64,000 bases of DNA, taken from the IMG/VR virus record IMGVR_UViG_3300029156_000002, positions 21,023 through 85,022 of that record, one strand, 5' to 3'. A program made the position numbers and the translations under genes. Below the pieces are notes generated by a model, which searched no databases, had not been told where the DNA came from, and saw only the letters and a program-made list of their open reading frames with translations. This DNA is from a virus. This document shows positions 54,771-62,449 of the stretch, one piece after another; position 1 is the stretch's first letter, and each line of letters opens with the position of its first letter.

Positions 54771-54980
54771 TTAGATTTTTCCTTCTTTTTCTAGAAGCGC
54801 GATCGTGCTTTCGCTTGGGATCTGTCCATTAAAGTACGCAATCGCGCTAATCAAGCGGCTTCGCGCGGCCAAAACATGGCCCGTCGTATCCTCTACGTCT
54901 CCTAGGTGCGCTAGCGCGCTTTCTACTTCGTACTTGATCGCTTGAACTACTACAGAAATGGATGGTTTTTCAATTTTCAT
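54771..54980 (-). CDS. Hypothetical protein
   Basis: SD GGAG. Confidence 0.55.
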   Translation of the reverse strand: MKIEKPSISVVVQAIKYEVESALAHLGDVEDTTGHVLAARSRLISAIAYFNGQIPSESTIALLEKEGKI

Positions 54981-54982
54981 GC

Positions 54983-55270
54983 TTAATATTCTCCAGCTTT
55001 AAGGCATTTTCGCCTGCCATGCTTCCACATCTTATAACGCCAAGACATGACGTGCGTGAGGTGCTTCAGGAGCGTCCAGGTTGAGCTTTCTAGCGGTGGG
55101 CGTATAGGGTGCACCGGAGCTAACGAAACCTCTTCAGCGGGCTCTGTGAGAGCCAGAGCGCTTGTTATGCGTTCATTGTCCCTCTGCCCTTGTGCATATC
55201 CAGCATTAAGTTCTTTTGCTAGCTTGCTAAGTAGATCTGAATCTGGCCATGGACCTCTATTTTGAACCAC
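54983..55270 (-). CDS. Hypothetical protein
   Basis: GTG start; intact. Confidence 0.5.
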   Translation of the reverse strand: MVQNRGPWPDSDLLSKLAKELNAGYAQGQRDNERITSALALTEPAEEVSLAPVHPIRPPLESSTWTLLKHLTHVMSWRYKMWKHGRRKCLKAGEY

Positions 55271-55271
55271 C

Positions 55272-55505
55272 TTAGCTCCCTTTGCTGTTCTCTACGCTCT
55301 GGCCGATCGAGCCAGCGTAGAACTCTTCAAGCGCGCTATTATCCGTCACAGAGACGGCGAAGCACTCAGCTCCGCGCTTGCTAAGAAAGGCGGTAACAGC
55401 GCCTTTCTTGAAGATCGAGCGAGAACGCCCCTGAGCTTTCCAGCCTTGGTTGCGAAGGGCTTGGATTGCAGCTGGGCTGGTCGAGAACTTGATTACGTTG
55501 TCCAT
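55272..55505 (-). CDS. Hypothetical protein (leaderless, MDNVIK)
   Basis: 6 nt after TAAGCT. Confidence 0.6.
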   Translation of the reverse strand: MDNVIKFSTSPAAIQALRNQGWKAQGRSRSIFKKGAVTAFLSKRGAECFAVSVTDNSALEEFYAGSIGQSVENSKGS

Positions 55506-55511
55506 GTTTTG

Positions 55512-55541
55512 AGCTTAGCTTGTTTGTTAGAAGAGAGTCAA
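55512..55541 (-). promoter_or_regulatory. Leaderless promoter TTGACT-18-TAAGCT-CAAAAC-ATG
   Basis: Read directly. Confidence 0.7.
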
Positions 55542-55559
55542 GAGCTTTTTAGCTTTTTT

Positions 55560-55856
55560 CTAGCCTAGCTGAACGCGCAAGTAGTGCTCGTCTGCGTCCA
55601 TATCTTCGTCTTCTTGTGCGAGGCAGCTCCAACGCTCCGTTGCCTTGCCTTGCCGCTGCGCTTCGCTCTCAAGGTCCGTGAGAGCTTCAGGACGCTCATT
55701 ACAGTAAACGCAAGTGCCATCGCGGTACATGGTGATCTCCGTGCCGTCATCGATCTTAGCAGTCAGGATGCGCTTTCCTGCTTTCATTTGTTCGCGCATG
55801 CTTTGCATGGCTGCTTGGAAGCTTTGGCGGCTGCAAGAGTTCGTTGCGTTGCTCAT
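55560..55856 (-). CDS. Hypothetical protein (leaderless, MSNATNS)
   Basis: 6 nt after TAAGGT. Confidence 0.6.
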   Translation of the reverse strand: MSNATNSCSRQSFQAAMQSMREQMKAGKRILTAKIDDGTEITMYRDGTCVYCNERPEALTDLESEAQRQGKATERWSCLAQEDEDMDADEHYLRVQLG

Positions 55857-55862
55857 CAATAG

Positions 55863-55891
55863 ACCTTAGAGCACCTTAGAGCGGACGTCAA
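55863..55891 (-). promoter_or_regulatory. Leaderless promoter TTGACG-17-TAAGGT
   Basis: Read directly. Confidence 0.75.
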
Positions 55892-55896
55892 GAACT

Positions 55897-56475
55897 TTAT
55901 AGCCCCGGAGCACGAAAAGTTACGTTGATCCTTTCGCCTACTGGCTTGCGCGTTTTTGGCACGCTGTGCAGCCATTCGCTTTGAACGCCGCGCCCCATGA
56001 ACAGCAGCGATCCGTGGGCAAGCTCAACTGCTAGTTTGTTAGGCAGCATCGCGCTTACCATCGTTGCCACAGGCACCTTGCGGCGCAGCAGAAAGCGCCT
56101 GGTTGCGCCGAGAGACACGGAAGCGATGATAGGGTCGCCCATATCCGGCTCATCGTCTGAGTGCCAAGCGACGCTATCTGAGCCGTCTTCGTAGCGATTT
56201 ACAAGCGCTGTGCTGAAGTGCGCGCTTTCAGGGATGACGGACTCTGCACGGATAGCTAGTGACGTGAGCACCGCGGGCATGGGCGTAGCTGGGAACGTGT
56301 GACCAGAGAAGCGGTAAGAGCGATCGCCATACCAAGCTTCTGTCCTAGGCACGCGTGCCCCGCACGCACGCCGCTGAACAAAAGTCAACTCTTTGCATTC
56401 CTGTAGCGCGATGTCCGGCTCAGCTACAAAGTTTTCGCAGTGATAGATTCCGGCTGCTAGGCGTGTCCACTTCAT
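55897..56475 (-). CDS. alkB: AlkB-family 2-oxoglutarate/Fe(II) dioxygenase (ALKBH2/3-like)
   Basis: VPRTEAWYG, NRYEDGSDSVAWHSDDE (HxD), IASVSLGATRRF, HGSLLFM, WLHSVPK, ERINVTFR. Confidence 0.92.
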   Translation of the reverse strand: MKWTRLAAGIYHCENFVAEPDIALQECKELTFVQRRACGARVPRTEAWYGDRSYRFSGHTFPATPMPAVLTSLAIRAESVIPESAHFSTALVNRYEDGSDSVAWHSDDEPDMGDPIIASVSLGATRRFLLRRKVPVATMVSAMLPNKLAVELAHGSLLFMGRGVQSEWLHSVPKTRKPVGERINVTFRAPGL

Positions 56476-56481
56476 AAAGCT

Positions 56482-56510
56482 AACCTACAACTCCCCAGCA
56501 CCGATGTCAA
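56482..56510 (-). promoter_or_regulatory. Leaderless promoter TTGACA-17-TAGGTT, 6 nt to the alkB ATG
   Basis: Read directly; upstream A-tract. Confidence 0.8.
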
Positions 56511-56598
56511 CATGTTTTTTCAGCTTTTTAGCTCAAAGCGGCGCAATCCGCGCGCAACCATAGCTCCGCTCTGCCCAGGCTCAGCATCTAGGACTAGT

Positions 56599-57048
56599 CT
56601 AGATTGCTTTCGGTTCAGGGTCAAGCATTACTTTCACCTTTTCTAGCATTTCTTCTGCTTGCTGCAGTTCTTCTAGCGAGAGCGAACGCAGGCGGCCTTT
56701 CGTGGCTTTCTCCAGGCTGCATAGGGCCGCCTCTACCGCGCGTCGAGCGGACTCTTTCTCTTGCTCCGCAAGTATCTTAGGGGTAATGGAGCGCAACATT
56801 CCAGTGCGTACGCCAAGCGCGGTGTGATTCCCTGCTCTAGAACCGTCTACCCTAAACTCTTGCCCGCTTTCAAGCTTAATGTTACGGTCTGCGCCACGCT
56901 TGGGTCGGCCTGAGACCCTTACTAGCTTATAGATTGCTCCATAATGGCCGTTGAACACGATCATAGCTTCATCGCCAACTTCAAGGGCGTCTAGCCTTGC
57001 TTGTTCGGCTCGTCGCTCAGCTCGCCAATTTTGATCTGCGTAACTCAT
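56599..57048 (-). CDS. Hypothetical protein
   Basis: SD AAGGAG; ALEVGDEAMIV beta-barrel-like segment. Confidence 0.6.
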   Translation of the reverse strand: MSYADQNWRAERRAEQARLDALEVGDEAMIVFNGHYGAIYKLVRVSGRPKRGADRNIKLESGQEFRVDGSRAGNHTALGVRTGMLRSITPKILAEQEKESARRAVEAALCSLEKATKGRLRSLSLEELQQAEEMLEKVKVMLDPEPKAI

Positions 57049-57060
57049 GCTTATAGCTCC

Positions 57061-57282
57061 TTAGATCGGGAAAAGAAGGATAGCGAAGCCGCTGCGTTGG
57101 TACTGAGCATACTGCCTTTGCTCCGCTCCCTCGCCGTCGCGCCTAAGGCGCAGAAACGCCAGGCATCCAGTTGCTTTTGTATACTCTTCGTCAACGGACT
57201 TGACGCCCTCCACGATGAATGTTTGCTTAGCTCTTGTCTTAACCTTTAAGCCAAGGACGGGAAGAGTTGTTGTGTTGCTCAT
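57061..57282 (-). CDS. Hypothetical protein (leaderless, MSNTTTL)
   Basis: 7 nt after TAGAGT. Confidence 0.6.
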   Translation of the reverse strand: MSNTTTLPVLGLKVKTRAKQTFIVEGVKSVDEEYTKATGCLAFLRLRRDGEGAEQRQYAQYQRSGFAILLFPI

Positions 57283-57289
57283 GGATAAG

Positions 57290-57318
57290 ACTCTAATGCA
57301 TCGGCAAAACGATGTCAA
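57290..57318 (-). promoter_or_regulatory. Leaderless promoter TTGACA-17-TAGAGT
   Basis: Read directly. Confidence 0.8.
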
Positions 57319-57342
57319 GCATTTTCCTAGCTTTTCTATCTT

Positions 57343-57732
57343 TCATCGAACCTCTTCAGGGTGAGGGTCTACAAGTTGCTTGCCTTCAACGAAGAGGCCT
57401 TCTTCTACTTCATGGATCATCACGCGCCTTAGCACATCAAAGAGTTGACGTTCTACAAATTGCTTTGCGTGTTCAGGGCGGTGAGGTATGCTAAACATTT
57501 CGCTGGTACAAACCTCTATGCGCTTCCTGCTTCTTACGCAGGGGACCATGATAGAGACCGCCAACGTGCTTGCGCCCATGTCGTCATAAAGTTCCAAGCG
57601 CTCAACATGCTCAGCAAGCAAGCCCCTCAACTCCACAAGCCCAACGACCGGAAGCATGAAGGACTTAGGGGCCGCGCCAGCCTCACGGCGAGAGGGCACG
57701 TCTACAAAGCTGTCATTGAAGTCAATAGGCAT
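57343..57732 (-). CDS. Hypothetical protein
   Basis: Likely start ATG 57732; HEVEEGLFVEGKQLVDPH. Confidence 0.6.
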   Translation of the reverse strand: MPIDFNDSFVDVPSRREAGAAPKSFMLPVVGLVELRGLLAEHVERLELYDDMGASTLAVSIMVPCVRSRKRIEVCTSEMFSIPHRPEHAKQFVERQLFDVLRRVMIHEVEEGLFVEGKQLVDPHPEEVR

Positions 57733-57733
57733 G

Positions 57734-58039
57734 TTAGCTCTTTTTCCTTTGTGCCATTGCTCGCCAGGCTTCCAGGTTCTTTTCACCACGCTGATAGAGC
57801 TCTCGCTCTTCTCTGATCAAATCTTCTATTAAGTGCAGCAGCCCAATAGCGTGTGTGTCTTCCAGATCCTGATCATAACCGGCCTCCATGTATTCACGAA
57901 CCTGAACCCACAGGTTCGCCTTGTGCTCCTGTCGCATATTTTCAACCCTCTGCTCTTTGATAAAAATGCAGTCGTGCTCATCCCATTCCTCTTCTGGCAT
58001 GCTCTCGCCGCACTCGCACTCTATGATTGTTCGGCTCAT
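57734..58039 (-). CDS. Hypothetical protein with small Cys/His motif
   Basis: CECGE...HDC. Confidence 0.55.
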   Translation of the reverse strand: MSRTIIECECGESMPEEEWDEHDCIFIKEQRVENMRQEHKANLWVQVREYMEAGYDQDLEDTHAIGLLHLIEDLIREERELYQRGEKNLEAWRAMAQRKKS

Positions 58040-58521
58040 CCTTGCCCCTTAGCATGCTTTGCCTTGAACGCTTCGATCTTTGCGCGCGTCTTGTCTAATT
58101 TGACTTGCGCTTTATTCTGGGCCGCTAGGTTGCCTTGGTACTTAAAGAGCTTGACTTCGCTGCGATGCCACTCTTGCTCATAGAAAAGAGAGAATAGCTC
58201 GGATTGCTCTTTTGTCAGCACAGGGTCCTTACCCTTTTGCAAAGTCTCAAGCGGGGGAACGTATCTAGCGCTCAAGAAGTCTTGCTGCAGGCCCTCTGCC
58301 TCGCGCATCTCTTCAAAGCTCTCCAGCTCATCTGCAAGCGCGCGCATGTCTTTGATCATCGTTGGCGCACACGTTGCGATCGAACCGTTTGCGTGCGAGA
58401 CGGTGAGCATACCGCCAGAGCCCATCTTGACTTTCACCGAGCGGCCCTCCCAAACCATTGAGCCGCTGTTTTTCTTGATGCTTATTCGTTTCATGACCGC
58501 CGTTCCAACAGTTTCATTCAT
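58036..58521 (-). CDS. Hypothetical protein
   Basis: Intact ORF. Confidence 0.55.
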   Translation of the reverse strand: MNETVGTAVMKRISIKKNSGSMVWEGRSVKVKMGSGGMLTVSHANGSIATCAPTMIKDMRALADELESFEEMREAEGLQQDFLSARYVPPLETLQKGKDPVLTKEQSELFSLFYEQEWHRSEVKLFKYQGNLAAQNKAQVKLDKTRAKIEAFKAKHAKGQG

Positions 58522-58833
58522 TTATTCAATCGGCTGCAAAGCACCTTTGCGTGCTTTTTTAACAGACTCAATCAACATGTTCCCTATCGCTTCAGCTTCC
58601 TCTAGTGAAACTTCGAGGACCGGGTGTACTTCGGCCATGCCATCAACGGTTAAGGTAACGACGTCGAGCGACACCGATGCCTCAACTGAGGACCCGTCAT
58701 CAAAATAAAGCTTTGTTGCTTGGATAATCGATTTCATCTTTTCACGCTCCTGCGCATATCTTTGCGCGAATTCAGGATCTTCGCAACGATGCTTTAAGTA
58801 TCGGTCGAAGCCCGTTTCAGGTCTGTCGTTCAT
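58522..58833 (-). CDS. Hypothetical protein (leaderless, MNDRPE)
   Basis: 7 nt after TAAGGT. Confidence 0.6.
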   Translation of the reverse strand: MNDRPETGFDRYLKHRCEDPEFAQRYAQEREKMKSIIQATKLYFDDGSSVEASVSLDVVTLTVDGMAEVHPVLEVSLEEAEAIGNMLIESVKKARKGALQPIE

Positions 58834-58840
58834 GCTTAGT

Positions 58841-58869
58841 ACCTTAGGGCAGCTGGGAGGCTATGTCAA
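58841..58869 (-). promoter_or_regulatory. Leaderless promoter TTGACA-17-TAAGGT
   Basis: The -35 forms the last codons (TTG ACA TAG) of the upstream gene. Confidence 0.8.
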
Positions 58870-59202
58870 GAGCGGCCTTCCGAAGAAAATTAGATAGAAA
58901 AACTTCTTCCAACGCGGCATGGCCGCATAGTTTGCCCGTTCATTTACCTTCCATTCCTGGTGCCGCAGGGCAGCGTGCTGAGCTGCGTTATCGTACCCTG
59001 AACAAAATCGCGGATTATCTTGCTTTTTTCTGATGCTGATCGGCGTTTTGTGCCCCACATCATTAGCTAGGATCTCTAGCTCGCTATAAAACTCTCTATT
59101 ACTGCAACGCGTTCCGTAACTGATGTAATAACACTCTCTGCAGTCGTGCGGCTTGCGCTCCTCTTGCTCATCTGCTTCTTCTCTGTATGCGTCGTCAGCC
59201 AT
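58861..59202 (-). CDS. Cys-rich hypothetical protein
   Basis: Likely start ATG 59202 (MADDAY); CRECYY...C...C. Confidence 0.55.
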   Translation of the reverse strand: MADDAYREEADEQEERKPHDCRECYYISYGTRCSNREFYSELEILANDVGHKTPISIRKKQDNPRFCSGYDNAAQHAALRHQEWKVNERANYAAMPRWKKFFYLIFFGRPLLT

Positions 59203-59377
59203 GATTTTCTCGGTCAAAATAGTGTCTTTTGTAGTGTTGGTCATCCCACCAAGCCTCTTCGCCACACCCACACATCCACTTCGCATTAGGGTTTCGCATT
59301 TGTCGGTCGTAGCTTTCCTGCGTCAGTAAAATTTTGCCATGTGTTGGGCAGATAATGGCGTAAGGGCTAGTTGTCAT
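59195..59377 (-). CDS. Small Zn-finger hypothetical protein
   Basis: CPTHG...WMCGCG; coupled at both ends. Confidence 0.55.
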   Translation of the reverse strand: MTTSPYAIICPTHGKILLTQESYDRQMRNPNAKWMCGCGEEAWWDDQHYKRHYFDRENHG

Positions 59378-59637
59378 CGCCTCAATTTCCCTTTCCCAGC
59401 GAACCGCAGAACAGCAACACGTGCTTGCTTAGCCTTCTTCGGGCTCTTCCCTGCGTTCGCGTCAAAGAACTCCACAAGCCCCAAGGAGACGATAGAGCGG
59501 GCGACCTTAGGCGTTGCCCCTTGCTTACGAAGCTGGGCGTAGACAAGTTCACAGGAGCTCTCGACCTGAGCGCCATTCGACGTCATGATCGTAAGCTGTT
59601 GAGCGACTTGTCCAGCGAGATGTTGTGCTTGATCCAT
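59374..59637 (-). CDS. Hypothetical protein
   Basis: Intact ORF. Confidence 0.55.
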   Translation of the reverse strand: MDQAQHLAGQVAQQLTIMTSNGAQVESSCELVYAQLRKQGATPKVARSIVSLGLVEFFDANAGKSPKKAKQARVAVLRFAGKGKLRR

Positions 59638-59644
59638 ATTCTCT

Positions 59645-59673
59645 ACCTTGCCCTAAGTTCTTTAGTCTGTCAA
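59645..59673 (-). promoter_or_regulatory. Possible leaderless promoter TTGACA-17-CAAGGT, 7 nt to ATG
   Basis: The -10 deviates at its first base; the -35 lies in the last codons of the upstream gene. Confidence 0.45.
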
Positions 59674-59904
59674 GTTCCTTGCGCGAGTCATGCAAGAATC
59701 ATAGTTTTTGATAATTCGCTCAATTTCCTTCGTCACGCTCGCTTGCCTATCGTGCCTCCTAAGCAAGTTATCGGCAGCTTTTCTCAGGGTTCCAAGCACA
59801 TCCGCTAAGCTCTCCAGCTCTATTTGATTCTCTTCTTCCTGGCGAATTTTCTTGCTGACGAGCTCAACGACTTCTTTAAGAGCAATTTTGTCTTGTGGTT
59901 CCAT
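59662..59904 (-). CDS. Hypothetical coiled-coil protein
   Basis: Intact ORF. Confidence 0.55.
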   Translation of the reverse strand: MEPQDKIALKEVVELVSKKIRQEEENQIELESLADVLGTLRKAADNLLRRHDRQASVTKEIERIIKNYDSCMTRARNLTD

Positions 59905-59909
59905 ACCTA

Positions 59910-59938
59910 ACCCTAGCAGGCTCCGAGCTGAAGTTCAA
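59910..59938 (-). promoter_or_regulatory. Possible leaderless promoter TTGAAC-17-TAGGGT, 5 nt to ATG
   Basis: Read directly. Confidence 0.5.
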
Positions 59939-60443
59939 CCCAATCGATGTCTTGATCGAGAAATACAGTGCGATATGCACGCCAGCTTGCAGAGGTGTCG
60001 CCGCAAACATAAAGTCTCGTAAAGCCTGGGACCAACGTCCATCCATTTCCAGGCAGCCGCGTAGCGTCAGGGAGCCAACGCAAGACAAGCGATCCTAGCG
60101 TGCCTTGCCATGCTAGCTCAGTATCAGGAACTGCCCTTCGGAATGGGCGACCTTCATCTACCTCGCTCCAAAGCCGTTCAAAATCTTCATGCGAGATTTC
60201 TTCGCAAGCGGGATGAAGTGCCATGTAATCAGCATTAGTAGGCTGGTTCATGAAAATATCTTCAGGGGAGAATCGCAGTCCGTCCGCATGAATCTGAACT
60301 TGCCGATGTGTCCATCCACGTTTGTCGATTTCGTACAACGTGATTCCTGGTTCGCCATTTTCGCCTCCAATATACATGCGCAAGTAACGCATGTTGCCTT
60401 CAGTCGGCTTATTGGGGAACCTTGCTGCAATTGTCTTGTTCAT
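59913..60443 (-). CDS. Hypothetical protein
   Basis: TLYEIDKRGWTHRQVQI...EEISHEDFERLWSE. Confidence 0.6.
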   Translation of the reverse strand: MNKTIAARFPNKPTEGNMRYLRMYIGGENGEPGITLYEIDKRGWTHRQVQIHADGLRFSPEDIFMNQPTNADYMALHPACEEISHEDFERLWSEVDEGRPFRRAVPDTELAWQGTLGSLVLRWLPDATRLPGNGWTLVPGFTRLYVCGDTSASWRAYRTVFLDQDIDWVELQLGAC

Positions 60444-60451
60444 ATGCATAG

Positions 60452-60480
60452 AAGCTAACGAATCTTTTTCATCGTGTCAA
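60452..60480 (-). promoter_or_regulatory. Promoter TTGACA-17-TAGCTT, 8 nt to ATG 60443
   Basis: Directly downstream of a strong terminator. Confidence 0.8.
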
Positions 60481-60494
60481 GCAAGAAAGCAAAT

Positions 60495-60524
60495 AAAAAA
60501 AAGCCCCCGGATAATTCCGGGGGC
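60495..60524 (-). terminator. Strong intrinsic terminator
   Basis: GCCCCCGGA/TCCGGGGGC stem plus 8-T run. Confidence 0.9.
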
Positions 60525-60582
60525 CCTATGAACAACGATTCTAACTTTTTTTAGCGCATCGGCGTTTTTTTCTTTTCAGAAG

Positions 60583-61083
60583 CTAACGCACCTCAGCATC
60601 TTGGTTCTCTTGTACTGTAACTCCCTCTGCGCCTTCTGTCAAGGCCAAATCGATCGTTTTCCCAGCTTTCCAGCCTTCTTGTTCGGCTCGCTCTTCAAAC
60701 GCCCTTAGCTCCTCTGCGCTAAAGCGAGACTTGTTGATCGATGCCTTCCGCGTTCCATTCTTGTCAAAGTAGACAACGTAATCTTCTGCCTTGACATGAT
60801 ATGGATCCCATGCTGGGGGGTTATAGTCCTCTCGTGTTACCGGCTTGCCGTTCTTGATAGTCCCGCCGGTCTTGAGGTGTACGTCCCAGAGCTCTTGCCG
60901 AGCATTGACAGCGTTCTTGCGGTCCTCGCGTACCTGCCGCTTGTTCAGCCGCTCCCACGCACGTCGAACTGTTCTAGCGCGTGTGTTGTTTAGATTCTGG
61001 GCTTCGCGCTTGTAGAACAGCTTAGCACGCTCTTGCACGGCCTCTAGCTGTTGCTGGTCTAGCTCTTCTTGCTTATCGTTCAT
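60583..61083 (-). CDS. Hypothetical protein
   Basis: SD-led; intact. Confidence 0.6.
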   Translation of the reverse strand: MNDKQEELDQQQLEAVQERAKLFYKREAQNLNNTRARTVRRAWERLNKRQVREDRKNAVNARQELWDVHLKTGGTIKNGKPVTREDYNPPAWDPYHVKAEDYVVYFDKNGTRKASINKSRFSAEELRAFEERAEQEGWKAGKTIDLALTEGAEGVTVQENQDAEVR

Positions 61084-61093
61084 TTTTCTTCCT

Positions 61094-61390
61094 TTATCCC
61101 TCCAAGGTCTCTAGGTAATGTGCTTTAGCTGCAGCGACGCCAATAAGAACGGCAATCGCTTCCAATGCATCTTCGCGGTTAGCTCTAAAAACCTTTAGCT
61201 CCTGGCCATTGCAAGTTGCCGTTGCGACATAATTGTTGTGCTCTCCAGGATCAACGCGGATGTTATAAGAATCGCTTGGGCGGTTCACCACGGCCTCTTG
61301 TAGCTCCTTACGCAAGCTCTGAACTTTCTGAGCGTCTGCCATAGCAGCTTGCATGCTGCCTAACATGCCTCTGATCTCTGATGCTAACAT
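61094..61390 (-). CDS. Hypothetical protein
   Basis: Intact ORF. Confidence 0.55.
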   Translation of the reverse strand: MLASEIRGMLGSMQAAMADAQKVQSLRKELQEAVVNRPSDSYNIRVDPGEHNNYVATATCNGQELKVFRANREDALEAIAVLIGVAAAKAHYLETLEG

Positions 61391-61411
61391 TTCTTCGTTG
61401 CTGTCCTTTTA

Positions 61412-61681
61412 TTAGAATTCATAAGCAGCGGCTCTTTTGCACATTTCTTCCATATCACGCTCGGTAATGTACGGTTCGCATCCCATCTTCTCTCGTTCCT
61501 CTGGAGAGACCCAAGGCTTGCGAACTTGCATGCGAACTAGCCATGTGTCTGGGTCATCGCGAAGCCTGCGAAGATAGCGCTGAGGCAACTCTTCTAGCAA
61601 GCATGTGAAATTATCCGAACAGCAAGGTTCGTCATGCCCTTCGCACGGGGATTCAACTAAAATTGTTACTTCAATTGCCAT
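61412..61681 (-). CDS. Hypothetical protein
   Basis: Intact ORF. Confidence 0.55.
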   Translation of the reverse strand: MAIEVTILVESPCEGHDEPCCSDNFTCLLEELPQRYLRRLRDDPDTWLVRMQVRKPWVSPEEREKMGCEPYITERDMEEMCKRAAAYEF

Positions 61682-61685
61682 ACTC

Positions 61686-61922
61686 TCATGCCTTCTTCGC
61701 CGTAATGCCGATCACGATGAGCTCATCCCATTCTTCGTCGCATTCGTCGCAATAGAAGCCAACGCCTTGTTCAGCGTTGATCATGGGATAGCTGAGGTAA
61801 TCGTCATTCAGATCCTGCTCGTTCTTCTCGCCACATTCAGGACACTTGGAGGTAATCACGCAGGGAAAATTGAAGCGCTTGGCTTCGAACTGAAATGGTT
61901 CTTTTGTCGTTTTGATTTTCAT
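61686..61922 (-). CDS. Zn-ribbon hypothetical protein
   Basis: CPECG...CDEC. Confidence 0.6.
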   Translation of the reverse strand: MKIKTTKEPFQFEAKRFNFPCVITSKCPECGEKNEQDLNDDYLSYPMINAEQGVGFYCDECDEEWDELIVIGITAKKA

Positions 61923-62302
61923 ACTGTTTCAACCTTATCAATTGCGTAGACGGCCTTTTCATACAGCGGCACGTCAGGTGGTACGTCAAACCCGAGCGTT
62001 TGATCACGAAAAAGACCAGCTCTTTCAAACAAGTACGCAAAATTGATTGAAATGCTAATGTTCAAGGCTTTCCGAGTGTCTGGCGATTCAGCTACGATCC
62101 AAGAAGGCCCGTAAGAAATTTTCCAGCTGCGGTGCCACTTTCGCGCGGCCTCTTTGTGCCTGCTAGGAAAGCGACACGCCCGATCGCTTCCTTTCTGTCC
62201 GCAATAGTCACATAAACCTTGCTGCAAGAGATTAGACCGCCGATTCAGTTCGTTTTGCAACTGCTCGGAGCTGTACTCGTCAAGATCCTTGAAGTATGTC
62301 AT
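61919..62302 (-). CDS. Hypothetical protein with Cys/His motif
   Basis: CDYCG...C...H. Confidence 0.55.
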   Translation of the reverse strand: MTYFKDLDEYSSEQLQNELNRRSNLLQQGLCDYCGQKGSDRACRFPSRHKEAARKWHRSWKISYGPSWIVAESPDTRKALNISISINFAYLFERAGLFRDQTLGFDVPPDVPLYEKAVYAIDKVETV

Positions 62303-62317
62303 AGCTACATCGCATGG

Positions 62318-62449
62318 TTAGGGCTTTGCGCATGGCATTTCCTGTGCAACGTACGCGCTTCGTATTGCAACCAAGCAGCCAACTTGCGCCTTGAAAGCAC
62401 GCAAAATGAGATTTTCTGTACTGCGGAAATCGTTGTCGATTTCTATCAT
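62318..62449 (-). CDS. Small hypothetical protein (43 aa, not in ORF track)
   Basis: MIEIDNDFRSTENLILRAFKAQVGCLVAIRSAYVAQEMPCAKP; ATGA overlap with the upstream stop. Confidence 0.4.
   Translation of the reverse strand: MIEIDNDFRSTENLILRAFKAQVGCLVAIRSAYVAQEMPCAKP

Noticed and set aside
32005-60670. GCTGGG as a Chi-like over-represented word
   Set aside because: It looks frequent by eye, but many copies are explained by Ala-Gly/Leu-Gly codons and SD motifs; k-mer statistics are needed and I cannot run them.
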